Assembly: GCA_964016885.1 (NCBI GenBank)
Contig: OZ024742.1
Span: 100,936,001-101,000,000, forward strand
DNA from: Eledone cirrhosa
Taxonomy: Eukaryota
Reading direction: 5' to 3'
Length of the DNA: 64,000 bases
Part shown: piece after piece, positions 12,665 through 23,170 of the stretch
How the letters are laid out: the number at the start of each line of letters is the position of its first letter
How positions within the stretch are numbered: position 1 is the stretch's first letter
The notes under the pieces: generated by a model
What the model saw: the letters and a program-made list of their open reading frames with translations, nothing else
What the model was told of the DNA's origin: nothing
The model's database searches: none
Position numbers and translations under genes: made by a program

Positions 12665-13230
12665 GCTGCACCGTCGACAAAATGGCAAAGGCATTTCCAT
12701 GGACAATGACCAGTGACTCGCGCTGCAACAACCACCCTGCCTAGTGCAGCTCCTTCCTCAGACAGGCTGCTATCGATCTTATGGAAGAGGGTCAGCTGTA
12801 TGGGATCCAAGTACACCTGAGGTCTCAACGACGACCTGTACAATGAGAAAGCAGCCGGAGAAACTTGTATTTGCTTGTCTTCCTGTCCTCTGCATTGCGA
12901 GGTGCGGTACTGGGGTTTGTGGCCAAGGTGACTAAGTTGGAGGCTGAGAACATGTCACAGCATGTCATATCCCAGATGAGGGATTTACTTCCTTTGAAAG
13001 GGATGAGGGTAATTCTGTTGGGGCACTTGTCGTTACCATGATTGAGGCTAAGGTCTCCTGGCTCCAGTTGTGATGGGAAGCCGGTTCCATCGAGGCTCCT
13101 TCACATTATGCCATTGAGAGTGGCATGTTGGGGGAAATGGGCTGCAATCTGGCATTTGTGGCTCACATACACGGAGGCTTTAATATACATAAAACTTGCA
13201 GTCATTTGCCATAGAAATCTTACAGCTATA
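12665..13230 (-). mobile_element. CRE-like non-LTR retrotransposon 3' fragment (restriction-like endonuclease domain), degenerate
   Basis: Minus-strand translation gives ..ITLIPFKGSKSLIWDMTCCDMFSASNL..NAEDRKTSKY.. and LQRESLVIVHGNAFAIL, matching the RLE C-terminal pattern LQRxSxxxxRGNA. Confidence 0.75.
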
Positions 13231-13788
13231 CACTAGACATTGTCAGGAATTCTACAATTACACTTTACAGTGGATGATCTGTTATTTGTAGTTATTCTAA
13301 GTCTTGGGTTGTTATATTTGTTAGACATGATGTGGGGGTGGGCATCTCAATATTTAAGCCAAACCCCTATTTTATATCTGAGAAATGGAGAAAACTCCAA
13401 ACCCCATTTATAAGTCGAGGCTGCTAATCAACACATTGTTTAGGTGGCATATATAACCCCCCCCCCCCTCATCATTTTACAATCGATTTTTTTTTTTGTT
13501 TTTTTTTGTTTTTGTATATTCCTCTGATTGGTTATCACAGAGCTTTTGGTTATTTATGAAGGTACCCGGAAAAACCCTGTATCTCGGGAACCCGTGCTCC
13601 GGTTTACGCGAAACTTGTTTTATTCCACTTGTATTCCCATTTCAGGGGCACCTTCCTTTTAAAGTATTTTCCCATTATGTGCCATTTTGGCTGTATTACA
13701 TTACAGACAAGCACACAATCACAGTGTTTTAGTAATATATAGATTGTGCTATATCATAACAAATATTATGGTTCTCTCTCATGATATT

Positions 13789-13953
13789 GTGATACATCAT
13801 AATATTATTTGTTTCTACTTTAGGCACAAGGCCAGCAATTACCCAGTTCATTACTGGTACTTTATTTTATCGACCCCGTAAGGATGAAAGGCAAAGTCAA
13901 CCTCGTTACAGGGTCGATAAAATAAAGTACCAGTGATACATCATAATATTATT
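13789..13953 (-). mobile_element. 5'-truncated SINE family A with an internal inverted duplication and a 21-bp target-site duplication
   Basis: GTGATACATCATAATATTATT occurs at 13789-13809 and 13933-13953; the SINE core folds back on itself. Confidence 0.85.
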
Positions 13954-14365
13954 ATGCGGGTAATCTTATGTCTCTTACTATATTATGGTATATTATACAT
14001 AACATTACTACTGCGATTCTGTTTTGTCATATTGTGATTTTGTTTTCATTTCATACTTGGGTGTCATAATTATTATGACATCTTGAGTAGTAATTATGTG
14101 CTTACAATGTATATTTTATTACATCTCCCTTTTTCAGTTTTGTTGGGTGGTGGTGATTTGTGTGTGTTGAGTGTGAATGGAAACAAATATTACTAATCAA
14201 GTGAATTAAGTTCAGTATCAAACATTACTGGGGTCAATCCAACCAGCTATACTAATTCCCTACAAATTTGGGCTTCTCTAGCAATGGAAAAAATGACTAT
14301 TACTATTATTACAGTTATATAAGTTTAGTTAAGTAATAGTTTAGCTAACTATTATATTAACTTGA

Positions 14366-14514
14366 CTAGGTGAAGAGTTACAGTTGTACCAGTTTAGCTA
14401 GGTGAAGAGTTACAGTTGTACCAGTTTAGCTAGGTGAAGAGTTACAGTTGTACCAGTTTAGCTAGGTGAAGAGTTACAGTTGTACCAGTTTAGCTAGGTG
14501 AAGAGTTACAGTTG
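14366..14514. repeat. Perfect 32-bp minisatellite, about 4.6 copies
   Basis: CTAGGTGAAGAGTTACAGTTGTACCAGTTTAG at 14366, 14398, 14430, 14462 and partially at 14494. Confidence 0.97.
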
Positions 14515-14642
14515 AATCGATTCAGATAGGAAAATTAATAGGAATTCCCTATAATTGTTTCCTTCTTTCTTTACTGTGATGTCTTGTTTGATCCAGCTTT
14601 CTTTCTATAGCTCACCATTTTTTGTATTTCTCTTTATTTCAG

Positions 14643-14811
14643 AGGATGGATCAGAGGTGCCTGGATATTGATAATTTTGCTTGGTCTCACTTGGATCTTT
14701 GGTTTGTTTTATGTCAACCAAGAAACACTCTTCATGGCATATATTTTTAACATTCTGAATAGTTTACAAGGATTGTTTATTTTCATTTTCCACTGCCTTT
14801 TGAATGAAAAG
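14643..14811 (+). CDS. ADGRL: Latrophilin-like adhesion GPCR exon, TM6-TM7 (secretin/adhesion 7TM_2 family)
   Basis: TTTCAG acceptor, 169 nt, AAG|GTAAAT donor. GWIRGAWILIILLGLTWIFGLFYVNQETLFMAYIFNILNSLQGLFIFIFHCLLNEK contains the family motifs LLGLTW and NSLQGxFIFIFHC. Confidence 0.95.
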
Positions 14812-14867
14812 GTAAATCAACAAAAATGTTCATATTTGCTAAAACTTTTTTCACATATACTAGAAGT

Positions 14868-15370
14868 TCTGATGCCATGATGATAAAATGCATCCAGTAT
14901 ATTCTCTAAAGTGGTAGTGCTGGTGCAATGATAAAATGTATCTGTACGGTCTGTGAAGTAGAAGTGATGATGTCATGATAAAATGCCCCAAGTACATTCT
15001 GTAAAATGGCAGTGCTCGTGTAATAATAAAATCTACCCAGTTCATTTTTTATAAAGCAGTAGTGCTGGTGCCATAATAAAAAAAATCGCCCAGTCACTCT
15101 GTAATGTGTTAATACTGATGCCACGATAAAATTCATCCAGTACATTCTATCGAGTAGTAGTGTTGGTGCAATGCACCAAGTACACTCTGTAAAGTGTTAG
15201 TGCTGGTATCATGATAAAAGGCATCCAATACACTATGTAAATTGATTCGAATTTGGAAGGGCACCAGCTGTAGAAGCCATGCTGTCAAAATATGGAGAGC
15301 ATAAGCTAGATATCTCAGTGTTGTCACATCCAGCCCATGTCAGCACGGAAAATGGATGTAAGATGATGAC
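14868..15370 (+). mobile_element. Array of degenerate ~43-bp units ending in an RTE-type 3' tail (SINE-body derivative)
   Basis: About 8 units of GTGCTGGTGCCATGATAAAATGCACCCAGTACACTCTGTAAA, then GAAGGGCACCAGCTGTAGAA and ..CACGGAAAATGGATGTAAGATGATGA. Confidence 0.7.
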
Positions 15371-15529
15371 TGTATATACTTGTGTATGTTGCACTGAGAA
15401 GTCATGCACCCATTTTACAGACAACACTCTTGGGTCAGTTTTTGTAGGTCCAATAGATAAGTCACATGCTTGTTTTTTGTACCATTTGTTTTTCAGGACT
15501 AAGGGGTAACATATACCCAATTATATATA

Positions 15530-15740
15530 CCATATATACTCAAATATAAGCCGATACAAGTATAAGCCAACCCCACTATTTTATGTCTGAGAAATGGGCG
15601 AAAATCCAAACCTTATTTATGTAGAATTTGAAGTTGGTGAAAATCATCAAAATATTGATCCTGAATATAAGCCACCACCACTCCTTCTACCATAGATCTT
15701 TTCATCACATATTCCTCGGCTTATATTCAAGTATATATGG
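15530..15740. mobile_element. MITE with Tc1/mariner-superfamily (Tc2/pogo-like) TIRs and TA target duplication
   Basis: TA|CCATATATACTCAAATATAAGCCGA..TCGGCTTATATTCAAGTATATATGG|TA. Confidence 0.8.
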
Positions 15741-15959
15741 TAGTATTTTGTCTGTTTCATTTTATTAGTTTAATGCTGTGTGTAAAATAAGTACACCATT
15801 AGTGCCAGAAAAGGCATCCAGCCATAAAACATTGCTTCATAGAGGACTTCATGAGGAGTGTAAAGCATGTCAAGAAGTTCACAAAATTAACCCTTACTTT
15901 AACAGGAGAAATGGTTTTATCTTATTAATTTATATGTTGAAGATTTAGGGCTAAATTAA

Positions 15960-16153
15960 CACTTTAGTATTTAAACCGGCCATACTGTTCAAACCAGCCT
16001 TAACTGTCACTCATACTTATGTTAAGGTATTGTTCTCAAAATAAATAATATCAAAACCTCACAGATTCGATATTATGTGAGATAATTATGTAAGGTAAAG
16101 CCTTTATCGTAAAAATATAATAGTATATATAGAGTAATGTAAATGCTAAAGGG
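15960..16153. mobile_element. piggyBac-type MITE (TTAA target)
   Basis: TTAA|CACTTTAGTATTTA..TAAATGCTAAAGGG|TTAA. Relatives at about 40725-40880 and 63277-63495. Confidence 0.7.
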
Positions 16154-16385
16154 TTAAGGGAGATATAACTACTATTTTTTAATTAGAAACTTTAGCTTTG
16201 AAGTGTAAACACTTTCAACTATTTCTCCATACACTGATTCTTGTCTCCCCTTTAAGGCATAACTATGTATATGATTTCATGTTGGAGGATTATTGCCATA
16301 GTAATGCTTTATATGATATGTTGTGTTCTACCATAAATATTTATTATTTATTTAATTTATATATATATTTACTTATTTTTAACAG

Positions 16386-16511
16386 GTTTGTAAAGAGTAC
16401 AAAAAAGCTATTAAAAGCTCAACTTGGCTTCCAGAATGTATTAAACCATGTTGTGGAGCAGCCTCTACAGACAGATCCTCAACTCCAAATCCTTCAACAT
16501 CTTCAGGAAAT
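16386..16511 (+). CDS. ADGRL: Latrophilin-like adhesion GPCR exon, helix 8 and proximal C-tail
   Basis: AACAG acceptor, phase 0-0, GTAAGT donor. VCKEYKKAIKSSTWLPECIKPCCGAASTDRSSTPNPSTSSGN continues NEK-VxKEY as in latrophilin KKVRKEY, with a CC motif. Confidence 0.9.
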
Positions 16512-16989
16512 GTAAGTTTCCCTATTTTTTCTTCTTATCAATAATGAATTACTATACACATTTAAGTATTGTGTGAATGTTTATGATCAAATATTTACCT
16601 CCCAAAATAGGGGGATTACACTACACACAGGTTTGTAGAGGTTGATATACATGCATTTTTAATGACCATAACCTACCCAGAAACCTTAGGTATACATTCT
16701 TACAATGCTATTGGCTAACCTTTAGTGTCATTTTTCTTAATATTTTAAGGTGGTTATGTATAGAAATACATGGAAACTAGAGACTGTGTATAGTACAGCT
16801 GAAAGATTTTAGCCAGATAATCGAGTTAATTACTGATGATTATTTGATAAAAATGACATCTAAAAACTTTACTCAGTACTGAAATGTTCCTAAATGATAG
16901 ATCAACCAGTATTACTAAAACATTAGGGTCACATTATCTATGAGCAAAATAAAAATCTGAGTTTATATTATGTATGACATATATAAATA

Positions 16990-17520
16990 TCATTATCATC
17001 ATTTTACGTCCGCTTTTCCCTGCTTGCAAGGGTGGGACGGGTTTTATTTAGCACAGCATCTTGCCACTTGTCACAGTCCTTCGTCATCTCCTCCGTGAGC
17101 TTCAGCGATCTGAGGTCTGTTCTCACCACCTCCGCCCATGTTTTTTGTGGTCTTCCTCTACTGCGTCTTACTTCTACTGGGATTTCTTGGTAGTTCTTTA
17201 CCCAGCGGTCATTCTCCATGCGCATCACATGCCCATACCATCTCAATCTTCTCTCCTGCACACCACAATTTATCCCTCTTATACCCAGTTTCTCTCTCAA
17301 CTCATCTATGCTTGGTCGTTCACGCACATTGACATTGCACATCCAACAGAGCATGCTTGCTTCATTTCTCTCCAGCCATCGCATATCCTCTGTAGTTGCT
17401 ACCCATGTCTCACTACCATGCAGCATCGCGCATCTCACACAGGCATCATATAACCGGCCTTTTGTACGCAGGGAGAAACCTTTCTTTGTCAACAGAGGAA
17501 GCAGCTCCCTAAACTTCTTC
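16990..17520 (-). mobile_element. Relatively young 5'-truncated RTE-clade LINE
   Basis: Uninterrupted frame KGRLYDACVRCAMLHGSETW..QERRLRWYGHVMRM..RGRPQKTW..ASREKRT*, followed by an (ATG)n-like tail. Confidence 0.92.
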
Positions 17521-17568
17521 TAATATATATAATAATATGAAAGAGTTGGGACCCCGACAGCTGAGCTC

Positions 17569-17613
17569 TTGCCGTTTCAACAGCTAGTTCCAAACTAGCT
17601 GTTGAAATGGCAA
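17569..17613. repeat. Short near-perfect hairpin
   Basis: TTGCCGTTTCAACAGCTAGTT-CCA-AACTAGCTGTTGAAATGGCAA. Confidence 0.85.
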
Positions 17614-17719
17614 TTGTTTATAAATACTTATTTTACATTATCTTAGTTCTACTGGCTATTGTAAATAGGTCCCAGATCATCCTGGAATGTTATTATCAGG
17701 AGGCTTAAGCCAGTAGTAC

Positions 17720-17997
17720 TTTTACATATTTCACCAGTTCTCTCATTACTGTCACCAATCGACATCACACCTATATTCTATCTATTGTCAACTGTCTCAC
17801 CAATACTCTCTTTTTATAGTCACCTATTACACCAATACTATTTCTGCTTTCACATATTCACACTAATACTCTTTCTACTGTCTCATATCTTGCCTATACT
17901 CTCTCTATAGTCATCTATTGTACCAATACCCTCTCTACAATCACTTATCCCACCAATACTCTCTCTATAGTCACTCATCCCAACAACTCACCAATCT
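17720..17997. repeat. Degenerate ~31-bp minisatellite abutting the acceptor of exon 18021
   Basis: Recurrent CACCAATACTCTCTCTATAGTCAC-like units. Confidence 0.75.
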
Positions 17998-18020
17998 ACG
18001 TTTTTACTCTTATGTTGCAG

Positions 18021-18090
18021 TATTTCTCCAGACTGCTCAAGAAAAGGAAAAGTTCTACGACTAGCAATATCAGCAAGACCCCTGCTAGAA
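18021..18090 (+). CDS. ADGRL: Latrophilin-like adhesion GPCR, 70-nt C-tail exon
   Basis: TTGCAG acceptor, GTAAGT donor, YFSRLLKKRKSSTTSNISKTPAR+A. Its 0-to-1 phase change is exactly what puts the terminal exon in frame. Confidence 0.8.
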
Positions 18091-18289
18091 GTAAGTACTG
18101 GACAGGCTGGAGCACTCCTCAGACACATGCTAAAGGTTCTTCTTAGAACCTCCTCAAAGTAATATCCAAGCTGGAGCACTCCCCAGAGGCATAGGCTAAA
18201 AGATATCAGTACTTCCTCAAAGTAATATCCAAGCTGAAGCACTTTTCAGAGGCATGTGCTAAAGAATCTTCCTTGGCACCACCTCATTT

Positions 18290-18470
18290 TATATCAGCCT
18301 GTGGCATTCAAGAAGTTGGCAGGAGCTTGGTTGCTGACAATGAAGATGTTGTCTTTTTTAGCAGCTAGCTTTACCCATGTATCAGGTGATGCCTGCAAGG
18401 GTGCTTGGCTATTGCAGTACCTTAGTCTCGCTATCACCCATGAGAATGCTGTGAGGCTTATCTAAAACAT
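18290..18470 (+). mobile_element. CRE-like retrotransposon extreme 3' fragment
   Basis: PVAFKKLAGAW..GAWLLQYLSLAITHENA resembles the same RLE C-terminal motif. Confidence 0.55.
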
Positions 18471-18689
18471 GTTTAGAGGGAAATTCCAGCACCCTTTGTT
18501 GTGGCATGTGATAGTGTGTGCAGATCTCCCACTTCTTTCTTTTATTCCTTCCTCTGTTTTTTTTAGATTAAATATAAAATAAATTTGTGATATTTCTATG
18601 TGTAGCCATTTTCGTATCTATCTAAATTCACTTAAAATAGACATTTAAAAGACAATTAAAATTTTAAAAAACACCCACTTTCGGTAATT

Positions 18690-19168
18690 TGCTGGAACTG
18701 ATAAAGCATTGGGCAAAATTTGTTCCAGCTCTTTACATCCATCCACTGTCAATAAAATAAAGTGTGTGTGTGTGCTGGACCACTGTCAGTTCCATCAATG
18801 AATATTCCAGTTGTTTGGCTTACAGAAGAGCCGACTTGTAAAATTAGCATGCAAGTAGTTAAGCATTCTACAGACATGTGTACCCTTAAAGTAATTCTCA
18901 GAGAGATTCAGCATGTCACAGTTTGTAACAAGGCTGAATTACAGGTACAATTCATTTTTGCCAGCTCAGTGGACTGGAGCAGCATGAAATAAAGTGTCTT
19001 TTCTCAAAGATACAATGTGTTGCCAGAAATCAAACTGACAACCTTATGGCTGAGAGCTGAATACCCTAACCAGTAAGCCACATACTATCATACCAGTCAA
19101 GTACTAGGATTGATGTAATCAACTTTCCTCTGCTCTTAAATTGCTGGCCTTGTGCCTAAATTATAAAC
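18690..19168. mobile_element. Nested SINEs: family B (- strand, about 18763-19090) inserted in a family A copy (+)
   Basis: The family A core is split at AATAAAG|TACCAGT around a reverse-oriented family B element. Confidence 0.75.
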
Positions 19169-19170
19169 TA

Positions 19171-19380
19171 CCGAATATATTCGAATATAAGCTGATACAA
19201 ATATAAGCCAACTTTTATGTCTGAGAAAAGGGCAAAAATCCAAACCTTATGTATGTAGAATAAAAAAATTTGGTGAAAATCGTCAAAATATTGACCCTGG
19301 ATATAAACCACCACCACCCTCCTCTATTATTGATTTTTTTGGTCACATGTTCTTCAGCTTATATTCAAGTATATATATGG
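19171..19380. mobile_element. Second copy of the Tc2/pogo-like MITE
   Basis: Same TIRs, TA flanks and internal sequence as 15530-15740. Confidence 0.8.
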
Positions 19381-19539
19381 TATTTTGGTGGGGTTTTCTT
19401 TTCATTCAAATTAATTTATTCAACTAAATAAATCTTAATTTCTTAGTTATAAAATAAAAAAATATTAGTAAATAGTTTTTAACAAATCGCTCTCCTCTTT
19501 TTTCTTCTCTTTTTCTTTTAATTTATTTTCTCTCTCTAG

Positions 19540-20411
19540 TTCGTAGTCCTGTGAGCGCTGATACAACTGGTGAGTCAGACTACCACACATCCAAGCGAGG
19601 CTCTTCAGAATATGACTATCCAGCACACCATTTACCAAACAGGCTTTCCTACAATGACCAACATATGTACCATGATGTTAATGAGCTGTCATTAGCTGAC
19701 TGCTCAGTGATCAACAGTGACTATGTCAGCGAGTACTGTCAAACTAATCTCCAGGTCAGCCATGAGAATCAACTGAGTCCAGTGATATCTATCGACTCTT
19801 GCGCAGATTCTGAGACAGATTCCATTGTCAAGAGACGAGATTCCATTCTCTCAAGAGACTCGAATATTCAAGCGAGAGATTCATTCGAATCAGACGACAA
19901 AATATTAGGACTTGATGCCGATCTACTGAAATTAGCTGAAAAAGAGAAGCTCAATGAAGAATACGAACCGCTTATGTACCCAAACTCTACGACGCTGGAA
20001 AATCGCAACCGAATTAACGAGATGTTGAACAAAGCCGACATGAACGGTGCCGGCGATGTTGATAGCATCAATAATGGTGCCAACCCCCCATTAAGATCTG
20101 TGAATAACTATCATGTGACACCAATGTGTCATCCAGAGAAGCAGCAATTGGTGGAAGATAGTAGCCAGCAACCTTTATTGCAGACCGATATCATCGGTAA
20201 CCCTACTTGCATGAGTGAAAACGCTGCATACCGAGACACATCACATTCCAATCCTTATAACTCTGTTAATGTTGCTATGCCCAATGGCACCAACAGCAGT
20301 GACAAACCTCTAACAGACAGAGTGAAGCACAGAGTACTCGGAGAACCGCATTCCAATATAGTCAAACACAACAAAAGGACTGAAGAACTTCCGAGTTTTT
20401 CAGAATGTTAA
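19540..20411 (+). CDS. ADGRL: Latrophilin-like adhesion GPCR terminal coding exon (long, probably disordered C-tail ending ..ELPSFSEC)
   Basis: Long pyrimidine tract plus CTAG acceptor (AG at 19538-19539). Phase 1 gives IRSPVSADTTG.. in frame with the 286-aa ORF; non-repetitive coding-like composition; stop TAA at 20409-20411. Confidence 0.88.
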
Positions 20412-20615
20412 CTTTGAAGTTTGACTGAAAAAAATTAAACAAATCCCTCCTGTTTTTTCTCATGTCTTTTAACCCTATACAAACCAACCCCACAGCCCAT
20501 CTTCCCCTTCTAAAGAAGGAAAAACAAACAAACATGCTGCTGTATTATATAATTGTGAACTTTTGTGTTACAAGACAGAAAATAGCACAAACAATAATGC
20601 TTCCCCTTGCAAACA

Positions 20616-20621
20616 AATAAA
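20616..20621 (+). terminator. Candidate proximal polyadenylation signal AATAAA
   Basis: First AATAAA about 200 nt after the stop, with a T-rich tract downstream. Usage is unverified. Confidence 0.25.
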
Positions 20622-20875
20622 ACCTATGCTAGTCCCTCGACCCCAAACCCCATATTTTTTTTAATATTTTTTTTTCTTTGTGATGCTGAAGAAAAAGAAA
20701 AAAAAGGACATTTTAAAATATTTTAAAGGAAGTATACATGCTGCCAGTCTCTCTGTAGGAAAACACACACATTCATACATGCACACTCACACACACACAT
20801 ATATATATACACTGATACACATATACATTAATATGTACACTTACTAACAGATTATAATGTGCAGCTACAGGAAAA

Positions 20876-21562
20876 TTGTTATATATATATATTATATTGT
20901 ATATATATATAATATATATATTATATTGTATATATATAATATCATCATCATTTTACGTTGTTGGTGATGATGATATTATATATAATATATATATATTATA
21001 TTGTATATATAATATATATATATATTATATTGTATATATATATAATATATATATTATATTGTATATATATATATATATATATTATATTGTATATATATTA
21101 TATAATATATATATAATATATATATATTATATTGTATATATATATAATATATATATATTATATTGTATATATATATAATATATATATATTATATTGTATA
21201 TATATATAATATATATATATTATATTGTATATATATATTATATATATATATTATATTGTATATATATTATATAATATATATATATATTATATTATATATA
21301 TATATATTATATAATATATATATATATTATATAATATATATATATATTATATATATTATATTGTATATATATATATTATATTGTATATATATATATAATA
21401 TATATTATATTGTGTATATATATATATATATTATATATATATTATATAATATATATATTATATATATTATATTATATATATATATATATATTATATAGTA
21501 TATATATTATATATATATATATATATTATATAATATATATATTATATTATATATATATATAT
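20876..21562. repeat. Almost pure AT low-complexity tract
   Basis: Compound (TA)n/TATTATATTG repeats. Confidence 0.95.
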
Positions 21563-21737
21563 TTAAACTACTACAGTTGTCACTCGCATTCAACTCTGAC
21601 TCAGTAGTATGTACCATGCTTTCACTAGGGGTTTTAGGGGCTCATGCAGTCATGAGCAGACACACGCCCTCTCAACCCTGCCTCCTTTAACCCAGTGAAA
21701 CATCCAAGATGTCACAAAACTGGAAGGATAGAGGGCT

Positions 21738-21864
21738 TGAACGTTTTTTTTATCGACCCTGAAAAGATGAAAGAGAAAGTGGACCCTGGCGGGATTTGAA
21801 CTCAGAATACAGAGACCAGAAACAAGAATCCAATGCTCTAAAGACTCTGCCAAATCAACCGGCT
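21738..21864 (-). mobile_element. SINE family A, 5' half
   Basis: TTATCGACCCTGAAAAGATGAAAG..GGCGGGATTTGAACTCAG. Confidence 0.75.
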
Positions 21865-21865
21865 T

Positions 21866-21877
21866 TATATATATATA

Positions 21878-21966
<89 letters not shown>

Positions 21967-22204
21967 CTGTATTTATGTACATATATATGTATGTGTATAT
22001 ATATATGTGTGTGTGTGTCTGTATATATGTACATATATATGTATGTGTATATATATGTGTGTGTATGTGTATATATGTACATATATATGTATGTGTATAT
22101 ATATGTGTGTGTGTGTATGTGTATATATGTATGTGTATATATATATGTGTGTTTGTGTATATGAATGTATGTATACATATGTATAAGTATGTGCATATAT
22201 ATTC

Positions 22205-22242
<38 letters not shown>

Positions 22243-22412
22243 TCATATATATATAAATATATATATATATATATTCATATATATATAAATATATATATAT
22301 ATATTCATATATATATATATATTTATATATATCAATTTATATATATATATTCATATATATATATTTATTCATGTATATATATATATATATTCATATATAT
22401 ATATATTATATA
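21866..22412. repeat. Compound (TA)n/(TG)n microsatellite
   Basis: Direct inspection. Confidence 0.95.
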
Positions 22413-23104
22413 TGTTAATGAAGCATGTAAAACAAAGGTGGGAATGGAGGGGTGGGAAGGGTTAATGGTTCCTATTTAATAATTGAAACAAAATATACAG
22501 ATAATGAACAGGGGTCATTAGAACCCTCAGTTTTACCTGTCTTCACCAACTGAAGTTATTTTGCACACACGTCTCAAACTGGAACACACTGCATTACATC
22601 AATGCATACAAGAGGAAAACAGAAATCTTTATATGTGTGTGTGTGTGTGTGTTTGTGTATTTTCATATAAATATATATATATATACACACACACCCACAT
22701 ATGCACAAAATACATATTTTTCTATGATCCTGCACACATACATACATAGATACCTAGGTAAACTTATATAAGTTTGTATATACTCCATCCTACTCTAAGG
22801 CACTATGTACCTTCAGCTAAAAAGATATATAGCACTTTTATGTATGTGCATGAATATATAGCAAGTAAGGAGTATAGGATCTGTGTGAGCACTCTGTGGT
22901 GTGGGGTGTTAGCAGACTTCAGTGAGCTTTGGAATTCTACAAAAAAAAATGTAATAGGCTTATTTGTTTACAATAATTTTCAATAAGGAAGAGTTTTTAA
23001 AATATTATTAATGCTACTGCTCCTCTTTTTGACATTTTCTTTTCCTCTTCCCTATCTACTTCTTAATGTTGGTTCAAACATACATGCTTTTGCACACACA
23101 CATC

Positions 23105-23170
<66 letters not shown>

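Noticed and set aside
14366-14514. 32-bp direct repeats of CRISPR-like length
   Set aside because: No spacers, eukaryotic intron, no cas genes.
14812-14880. ORF-track extension VNQQKCS.. after NEK
   Set aside because: Intron read-through; homology continues in exon 16386.
16198-16515. 105-aa ORF overlapping the helix-8 exon
   Set aside because: Wrong frame; the spliced frame gives VCKEYKK.
19868-20083. Antisense ORF in the terminal exon
   Set aside because: Shadow of the sense coding frame, with no independent support.
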